NCBI GenBank assembly: GCA_963662465.1
Contig: OY759599.1
Location: forward strand, 4,005,403-4,037,402
From: Desulfatiglandales bacterium
GTDB lineage: Bacteria; Desulfobacterota; DSM-4660; Desulfatiglandales; Desulfatiglandaceae
Length of the DNA stretch: 32,000 bases
Direction of reading: 5' to 3'
In this document: positions 25,846-32,000 of the stretch, piece after piece
Layout: every line of letters starts with the position of its first letter
Numbering within the stretch: the first letter of the stretch is position 1
Made by a program: the position numbers and the translations under genes
The notes under the pieces: generated by a model
Database searches by the model: none
Told to the model about the DNA's origin: nothing
Seen by the model: only the letters and a program-made list of their open reading frames with translations

Positions 25846-26577
25846 GTGGAAAAAGCATCCATCTTTCTCACCACCAGGGAGGCCATCCAAGCCATTATAG
25901 CGGATTTCCGCCAGTATGACCCCCAAATCATGCTCTTTTCCGGCATTATCAGTCTGATCACGGACAACAAAACCTATCTTAAACAACAGCGGGGAAAGAA
26001 CGGCGCATGGATCAACCTGCCCGGAAAGACCCACATGAAATGGTTGGCGGGTCCGGAACTGGTGGACCATATGTGCGACACCATCGCGCAAACCCGGTGG
26101 CATCCGGATCTGCTGGCCGACGTCTGTGCCCGGGTTTTTCAGTCCCGGGCAACACCTGAGATAGATGCCGATACAGGGAAAGCGGGCGTTCGCATTGAAA
26201 CCCATATGGAGGATTTCGCCTGCAAAAGATGCGGGTGCTGCTGCCGGTTCCTGGATTACCACAACGAGGTGACCGCCGGGGATGTGGCAAACTGGAAAGC
26301 GTCAGGCCGAAACGACATTTTAAAATGGGTGAATGAAATCAGACGGGACGGACGGATTCAGGGGTATCGTGCATGGGTCATTCCGGGCACGAGAACATTG
26401 GCGGAAATCTGTCCCTTTTTAGAGAAAGAACCCGGCGCCCCTCGATGGAAATGCCGCATACACGATGCCAGACCCGACATCTGCCGCCAATACCCCCTGA
26501 ACCGCAAGCATGCCGCCATGACCGGATGCAGGGGTTTTGAAAAAGGGTCGACCGACAAGCCGGCTTCGAAGAAATAA
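25846..26577 (+). CDS. YkgJ-like cysteine-cluster (Fe-S/Zn binding) protein
   Basis: FACKRCGCCCRFLDYHNEVTAGDVANW ... CPFLEKEPGAPRWKCRIHDARPDICRQYPLNRKHAAMTGCRGF; GTG 25846 preceded by GGAG, preferred over GTG 25810 which lies in the REP-like stem. Confidence 0.8.
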   Translation: MEKASIFLTTREAIQAIIADFRQYDPQIMLFSGIISLITDNKTYLKQQRGKNGAWINLPGKTHMKWLAGPELVDHMCDTIAQTRWHPDLLADVCARVFQSRATPEIDADTGKAGVRIETHMEDFACKRCGCCCRFLDYHNEVTAGDVANWKASGRNDILKWVNEIRRDGRIQGYRAWVIPGTRTLAEICPFLEKEPGAPRWKCRIHDARPDICRQYPLNRKHAAMTGCRGFEKGSTDKPASKK

Positions 26578-26594
26578 TGCCCGTTATCAAGCCC

Positions 26595-26641
26595 TTGACA
26601 ATTTAATCAACCGCCATTAGACTGGTCTGAAACTAGTCTAA
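26595..26641 (+). promoter_or_regulatory. Putative promoter/operator of the Phd-PIN module
   Basis: TTGACA (26595-26600) - 16 bp - TTAGAC, overlapping dyad TTAGACT-N11-AGTCTAA (26617-26641), just upstream of ATG 26653. Confidence 0.5.
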
Positions 26642-26652
26642 GGAGATGCCTT

Positions 26653-26892
26653 ATGGAAACGGTAGGCGCATATGAAGCCAAAACCCATTTGCCCAAGATA
26701 CTGGATCGTGTGGTCAAAGGTGAGCGTATCACCATTACGAAGCACGGTGTACCGGTCGCTATATTACAACCCCCTCATCTTGAAAAAAAGGTGGATACCA
26801 AATCAGTTATCCTTGCTTTACAAAAATTCCGTGATAAACACACGCTGGGTGGAATCTCAATTCAAGACATGATTGAAGAGGGAAGACGCTAA
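26653..26892 (+). CDS. Phd/YefM-type antitoxin
   Basis: METVGAYEAKTHLPKILDRVVKGERITITKHGVPVAILQP. Confidence 0.92.
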   Translation: METVGAYEAKTHLPKILDRVVKGERITITKHGVPVAILQPPHLEKKVDTKSVILALQKFRDKHTLGGISIQDMIEEGRR

Positions 26893-27306
26893 ATGGGCGA
26901 ACATTTTGTTGTCGATAATTCTGTCGTGATGTCATGGTGTTTTAAAGATGAAAACAACCATTACGCAGACATTGTCCTGAACAAGCTCATGGAAGCATCC
27001 GCCATCGTGCCGACCATCTGGCCCCTCGAAGTTGTCAATGTTCTGTTGGTTGCCGAGCGAAAAAAGAGGCTAACCCAATCCGACAGCATCCGATTTATAA
27101 CGCTGTTAAATCAACTTCCCATCTTTGTGGAACATGAACAAGCATCAAGGATGATGAAGGAACTCCTGGCACTGGCAAGGACCGGCAATCTATCGAGTTA
27201 TGATGCCTCATACCTGGATCTTGCCATGAAGAACGGCTGTCCAATCGCCACGCTGGACAAAAAACTCATCGAAGCCGCCAAAAAGATTGACGTCCCAATT
27301 TTGTAA
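26893..27306 (+). CDS. PIN-domain toxin
   Basis: FVVDNSVVMSWCFKDENN ... LSSYDASYLDLAMKNGCPIATLDKKLIEAAKK. Confidence 0.88.
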   Translation: MGEHFVVDNSVVMSWCFKDENNHYADIVLNKLMEASAIVPTIWPLEVVNVLLVAERKKRLTQSDSIRFITLLNQLPIFVEHEQASRMMKELLALARTGNLSSYDASYLDLAMKNGCPIATLDKKLIEAAKKIDVPIL

Positions 27307-27337
27307 CCGTTCACGGTTTACGGTTACCCAATTTTTT
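27303..27337 (+). terminator. Intrinsic terminator overlapping the PIN toxin stop codon
   Basis: GTAACCGT - 9 nt - ACGGTTAC stem followed by CCAATTTTTT. Confidence 0.65.
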
Positions 27338-27361
27338 CAGCCTGATACTTCTAATAAAATA

Positions 27362-28492
27362 TTATACTCTTCCGGAAGCCCACGGCAGGTTCCGGTTCAC
27401 TTTGCAGATCACAGGCCCCTTCCTGAGGGACGCAAAGCAAGCCATGCACTCCCGGCAGGGAATGATATCGCTTTCCTTCCCCGCCAGAATTTTGCCGGCG
27501 GATTCAGGATCGGCAATCATCTGCCGACCCACGGCCACGAGATCCATAAACGACCCCTCAACACATTTGGCGGCCATGGCATTTCCAAGCTTGCCCACGC
27601 CGATCACCGGAAGGCCCGTTGCTTCCCTGACCTGGGCCACAAAGGGAATGTTTGCGCCGGGAGGCTGTTCTTTTGAAAAAGCGGAAGCGGGAACCAGAAA
27701 TTTCCTGCCGTCCTCTTCCTGCAAGGAACCCTGCGTCACCAGCGACACATCCAGCGCATCCACACCCGCTTGCGCAAGACTCCGGCTGACCTCAAGGCCA
27801 TCTTTCAGGGTCTGCCCCCCTTCCACATGCTCCACCACATTGAAACGAAACAGAATGGGATAGTTCTCGCCGAGCTTTTCCCGAACAGCTTTGGACACTT
27901 CAATGGCCAGGGTTGCACGTCCCCCCGCATCTCCGCCATAGCGATCATCCCGTTGATTGCTAAGGGGGGACAGAAACTGGCTGATCAAATAGAAATGGGC
28001 GCCGTGAATCTCCACCCCATCAAAGCCCGCTTCAGCCGCTCGATCCGCCGCAACCGCAAAATCGGAGACCATGGCGTCAATCTGGTTGTGGTTCATGGAA
28101 AAGGGTGTTACATCGCCCCTCAAGGCGAACCCGGACGGTGATGCCCCCTGCATTTTTCCGCCGCCGGGAAACCCCCTGGCGCCTGCGTGGTTGAGCTGAA
28201 CCACCGCGGCAGCACCTGATTTTTGAATGGCACGGGCAAGGCGCGCCATTCCGGAGATCTGATCTCCCTCCCATAGCCCCAGACTGCCAGGGACGATGCG
28301 ACCGTCACGCCGCACCGAGGCAGCTTCCACAATGACAAGGCCCACCTCTCTTGCCCGCTCCTCATAAAATTGAATAACATTATCCGTAACGCGACCCTCA
28401 GGACTGCCGCAGTTCGTGGTCAGGGGCGGCAGAACCATGCGGTTGCGCAACCGCATTCCATTGATTGTCACCTTATCGTGCAGTGTAGGCAT
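27362..28492 (-). CDS. Old-yellow-enzyme-like NADH:flavin oxidoreductase (single FMN domain with C-terminal Cys cluster)
   Basis: INGMRLRNRMVLPPLTTNCGSPEGRVTD...FYEERAREVGLVIVEA...VVQLNHAGARG...FDGVEIHGAHFYLISQFLSPLSNQRDDRYGG; CRECMACF...CKVN. Confidence 0.92.
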   Translation of the reverse strand: MPTLHDKVTINGMRLRNRMVLPPLTTNCGSPEGRVTDNVIQFYEERAREVGLVIVEAASVRRDGRIVPGSLGLWEGDQISGMARLARAIQKSGAAAVVQLNHAGARGFPGGGKMQGASPSGFALRGDVTPFSMNHNQIDAMVSDFAVAADRAAEAGFDGVEIHGAHFYLISQFLSPLSNQRDDRYGGDAGGRATLAIEVSKAVREKLGENYPILFRFNVVEHVEGGQTLKDGLEVSRSLAQAGVDALDVSLVTQGSLQEEDGRKFLVPASAFSKEQPPGANIPFVAQVREATGLPVIGVGKLGNAMAAKCVEGSFMDLVAVGRQMIADPESAGKILAGKESDIIPCRECMACFASLRKGPVICKVNRNLPWASGRV

Positions 28493-28506
28493 TACAATTA
28501 CCTCCT

Positions 28507-30948
28507 TTACTCACAAGACGCCTCATCATCCATCGCTTCTCTCACCTTACGGCACAGAGATTCAATCGTAAAGGGCTTCTGAATGAAAGATATATCCGAT
28601 TCCAGTATATGGTTTTGGGGCAAGGCCTTGTTCGGGTATCCTGACATGTAAATCACCTTCATTTTCGGTCGCAGGGACAGAGCCCGCTCCGAAAGCGCCT
28701 CCCCCCCCATTCCCGGCATCACCATATCCGTGAGCAGCAGATGGATATCCCCCTCGAACCTTCCTATCCACCGAAGGGCCTCTTCACCGTCAGCCGCTTC
28801 CAGGACTTCGTATCCCGCGCTCCGGAGGCCCCTCCCGGCCAATTTCCGAAGCGATGCATTGTCTTCCACCACCAGCACCACTTCACCGCCGCCTGATTCC
28901 TCATGGGAGGATTGCCTTTCCGGCGCCTCGGGGACAGTCTCCACCCCGGGAAGATAAACCTTCATGGTCGTTCCCATACCGGGTTCGCTGTACGGCAGGA
29001 CATAGCCCTTGCTCTGTTTGACGATTCCATATACCGTGGAGAGTCCCAGCCCCGTACCGGTTCCCCGCTCCTTGGTGGTAAAGAAGGGTTCAAAGATCCG
29101 GGCCTTGGTCTCCTCGTCCATGCCGCATCCCGTGTCCGTCACCGCCAGCATCACGTACTGCCCCGTGTCCCCTTCCACACCATGGGCCTGAAGATACACC
29201 CTGTCCAATTCCACATTGGCCGTTTCAATGGTCAACACTCCCCCCTGGCGCATGACATCCCTCGCGTTTACCGCCAGGTTCATGATCACCTGTTCCATTT
29301 GTCCCAAATCCGCTTTAACCTTCCACAGCCCGGGCGTCGGGACAATCCGCAGCTTGATATTCTCTCTGAACAGACGCAGGAGAAGCTTCTCCATATCGCG
29401 AACAACGGTATTTAAATCCAGAATCTCGAGATGGCAGGTCTCCTTCCGGCTGAAGGTCAGAAGCCGACGGGTCAGCACGGCGCCCCGTTCCCCTACCTTC
29501 TTGATCTGTTCGATATCACCGCGCAGATGATCATCCTTTGGCAGATCGGCCAACGCGAGTTCGGCGTTGCCGATAATTACCGTCAGCAGATTGTTAAAAT
29601 CGTGGGCCACACCACCGGCCAAAACACCGATGGACTCCATCTTCTGGCTCTGATAGAACTGGGCCTGCAATTTCTCACGCTCTTCTTCGGCCCGCCTGCT
29701 CTGGGTGATATCTTCGACGATACCCTTGTAATGCGTAATGTGCCCCTCATGATCCCTGACCATGTAGGTCCAATCCCGGACAATCTTCTCCGAACCATCC
29801 TTTGCCATAATACGATAGGGTTCGTGGAAGAACTCGTTCGTTTCTCTTTTGTTGCTGAATACGATTAACTCTTGGGTCACCCGATCGAGGTCCTCAGGAT
29901 GAACACAACGCGCATAATTCATGTCTCCGCTCATGAATTCCTCGACCGTATATCCTAAGAGCCGCTCAACATTTTCAGAAACAAAGACCACCGGCCACCC
30001 TTCCTGATTCTTCCAGGTGAAAGCCACGGAAGGACTTCGGTTGATGATGTCGTACGCTTCCTTCAGTGCCTTCTCAGCTTCCCTGCGCTCGGTGCTGTCC
30101 TGGATTGTCCCCATCAAGCAGGTTGCCATGCCATCGTCGTCATAGAAACTCTGGAACTTTTCATTGATATATCTGACGGTCCCATCCTTTTGCAACAAAC
30201 GATATTCGATATCGTATGGCGTTTTTTTTGATAACGATTCCGTGTGGGCCTTGCTCACATACGCCATGTCATCCGGATGAACAGCCACCATTAAAGCCTT
30301 GTATGAGGGATCGATCTCCCGGGGTTTCAGCCCTAAAATGCGGTAGATCTCATCAGACCATTTCAAAGTATTGCTTTTCAGATCGAGTTCCCAGTGCCCC
30401 ACATGGGCCAGTTCCTGGGCCTCCTTAAGCCTTTGTTCCGATTTTACCAGGGCTTTTCGTTCGTTCTGGAGTCTTTCCACCATTTCCGCAAGCTTACGGG
30501 TAACACTGGCGTCATACATGTCGAGCAGGATATCTTCACCCTCCAGGGGTCCTTCAGGAATCGGCAAAATTCCGTTTCGGTGTTCATTCAGCACCTCATC
30601 GAGGATTTGGATGAAGGTTTCTCCTTCGGCGGGTTTGATAACAAAACGGGACGCACCCAGACTCATGGCCAGGTTCTCATCCGTCTTCTCAACGAAGGTC
30701 GCCGTATAAAAGATGAATGGGATATTGCGAAGATCGGCGTCGTTCTTTACTTCGCGACACAGCCTGAATCCGTTCATGACGGGCATCATGATATCTGAAA
30801 TGATCACTTCAGGCGGGTCCCGACGGGCAAAGCGCAATGCGTCCTGGCCGTTTTCCGCGGCGGTAATGCGGTGGCCCCTGGATGCCAACAGTCGTTCCAG
30901 CATATAACGGCTTTCGGCATTGTCTTCAACGATCAGAATGTTGCTCAT
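28507..30948 (-). CDS. Hybrid sensor histidine kinase: REC-PAS-PAS-HisKA-HATPase-REC
   Basis: N-terminal receiver ILIVEDNAESRYMLE; two PAS segments; H-box GGVAHDFNNLLTVIIG; CxMDEETKARIFEPFFTTKERGTGTGLGLSTVYGIV; C-terminal receiver VLVVEDNASLRKLA...TDMVMPGMGG. Confidence 0.93.
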   Translation of the reverse strand: MSNILIVEDNAESRYMLERLLASRGHRITAAENGQDALRFARRDPPEVIISDIMMPVMNGFRLCREVKNDADLRNIPFIFYTATFVEKTDENLAMSLGASRFVIKPAEGETFIQILDEVLNEHRNGILPIPEGPLEGEDILLDMYDASVTRKLAEMVERLQNERKALVKSEQRLKEAQELAHVGHWELDLKSNTLKWSDEIYRILGLKPREIDPSYKALMVAVHPDDMAYVSKAHTESLSKKTPYDIEYRLLQKDGTVRYINEKFQSFYDDDGMATCLMGTIQDSTERREAEKALKEAYDIINRSPSVAFTWKNQEGWPVVFVSENVERLLGYTVEEFMSGDMNYARCVHPEDLDRVTQELIVFSNKRETNEFFHEPYRIMAKDGSEKIVRDWTYMVRDHEGHITHYKGIVEDITQSRRAEEEREKLQAQFYQSQKMESIGVLAGGVAHDFNNLLTVIIGNAELALADLPKDDHLRGDIEQIKKVGERGAVLTRRLLTFSRKETCHLEILDLNTVVRDMEKLLLRLFRENIKLRIVPTPGLWKVKADLGQMEQVIMNLAVNARDVMRQGGVLTIETANVELDRVYLQAHGVEGDTGQYVMLAVTDTGCGMDEETKARIFEPFFTTKERGTGTGLGLSTVYGIVKQSKGYVLPYSEPGMGTTMKVYLPGVETVPEAPERQSSHEESGGGEVVLVVEDNASLRKLAGRGLRSAGYEVLEAADGEEALRWIGRFEGDIHLLLTDMVMPGMGGEALSERALSLRPKMKVIYMSGYPNKALPQNHILESDISFIQKPFTIESLCRKVREAMDDEASCE

Positions 30949-31337
30949 GCAATCTCTCCTTTCAGCCGTTTGGTCAAAACGCTCCGCACCTGCTCAACAA
31001 AGAGGTCGGGATCGATCGGTTTCTCAATATACCCTTCACAACCGGCGGCCAAAACCGCTTCCCGGTCCCCTGCCATGGCATAAGAGGTAACCGCTGCAAT
31101 GGGAATCGATTTTGTTTCCATGCCCTGCTTCAGCCGCCTGGCCACTTCATACCCATCCATTACCGGCAACTGGATATCCAGAAGGATCAGGTCCGGTTGT
31201 TCGGAAACAGCCAATTCCAACCCCTGCTGCCCGTTCCGGGCCTGTATCACGTCAAACCCCTGTTGCTCCAGCATAAAGGTTTCCAGATAGATATTCTGTT
31301 CATTATCTTCAACGATGAGAATTTTCTGTTTCATCAT
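30945..31337 (-). CDS. Single-domain response regulator (DivK-like)
   Basis: KILIVEDNEQNIYLETFMLEQQGFDVIQARNG...DLILLDIQLPVMDGYEVARRL...GYIEKPID. Confidence 0.93.
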   Translation of the reverse strand: MMKQKILIVEDNEQNIYLETFMLEQQGFDVIQARNGQQGLELAVSEQPDLILLDIQLPVMDGYEVARRLKQGMETKSIPIAAVTSYAMAGDREAVLAAGCEGYIEKPIDPDLFVEQVRSVLTKRLKGEIA

Positions 31338-32000
31338 TTTGTTCCTCCAGGTTCAATGGCAACGTGACGGTAACGGTGGCGCCTTTCCCCAATTGGCTCT
31401 TCACATCAATAGTCCCCCCCAATATATCCAGGATTCGCTTGCAGACGGACAGGCCCAGGCCGGTCCCTTCGTACCTGCGGGACGTCCCGGTATCGAGTTG
31501 TTGGAAGGGTTTGAAGAGCTTGTCCAGATCCTCATCCCTGATGCCGATGCCGCTGTCCGTCACCGCCACCTGGATGCGAGAATCCTGCCTGCGGCAAACG
31601 ATTTTCACAACGCCCTTCTCGGTAAACTTGATCGCATTATTGACCAGGTTAATGAAAACCTGCCGAATCCGGCGTTCATCACTGACCACCATCTCCACTT
31701 CCGGGGCAATTTCCACCGATAAGGTCAGGCCTTTCTGTTCCGCCATGGGCAGCAGCGATGCCGCGACCTGATTGACCACATTGCGGATACTGAATGGCTC
31801 ACAAGACACCTTCAGTTCACCTGCCTCGATCTTTGAAATATCCAGCACATCATTGATCAGATTCAGTAAATGGTGAGAACTCCCCTTCACCATTTTCAAC
31901 TGTTTTTTCTGCTCCAAATTCAATGGACCCACAAGCTCATTTAAAATGATGCCGGTAAAACCGATAATCGAATTGAGAGGGGTCCGCAGTTCATGCGACA
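31309..32000 (-). CDS. Sensor histidine kinase, C-terminal part (5' end outside window)
   Basis: Hand translation beyond the track ORF gives SHELRTPLNSIIGFTGIILNELVGPLNLEQKKQLKMVKGSSHHLLNLINDVLDISKIEAGEL...NLVNNAIKFTEKG...GTGLGLSVCKRILDILGG. Confidence 0.92.
   Translation of the reverse strand, partial: SHELRTPLNSIIGFTGIILNELVGPLNLEQKKQLKMVKGSSHHLLNLINDVLDISKIEAGELKVSCEPFSIRNVVNQVAASLLPMAEQKGLTLSVEIAPEVEMVVSDERRIRQVFINLVNNAIKFTEKGVVKIVCRRQDSRIQVAVTDSGIGIRDEDLDKLFKPFQQLDTGTSRRYEGTGLGLSVCKRILDILGGTIDVKSQLGKGATVTVTLPLNLEEQNDETENSHR

Overview
This 32 kb window reads like an anaerobic Desulfobacterota-type chromosome segment (taxon is my inference). No rRNA, tRNA, CRISPR array or transposase was recognised. 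From left to right it contains: a TetR-family regulator overlapping a NodT-type outer-membrane efflux lipoprotein; a MazF/RHH toxin-antitoxin pair; a CaiB/BaiF CoA-transferase; small membrane/LysM genes; a beta-lactamase-fold serine hydrolase; an HD-GYP response regulator; VapBC; a ThiS/ThiF-like pair; a three-subunit xanthine-dehydrogenase-type molybdo-flavoenzyme; a divergent IclR regulator; a minus-strand ubiD / aryl-AMP ligase / Tm-1-like (UPF0261) / ubiX operon; a LysR regulator overlapping mltG; a CoA-transferase + thiolase pair; a YkgJ-type Cys-cluster protein; a Phd/PIN pair; an old-yellow-enzyme-like oxidoreductase; and a hybrid kinase / receiver / kinase signalling cluster running off the right edge. 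Strongest leads: (1) a combined (de)carboxylase + CoA-ligase + molybdo-hydroxylase/dehydroxylase aromatic module that includes an unexpected Tm-1-like protein; (2) a recurring 7-bp periodicity in at least seven separate intergenic tracts with different consensus words, one directly at the 5' end of ubiX where the expected start codon is missing; (3) several well-formed palindromes (REP-like element, LysR-type box, TetR and Phd operators, terminators). All motif work was done by eye; no database search was possible.
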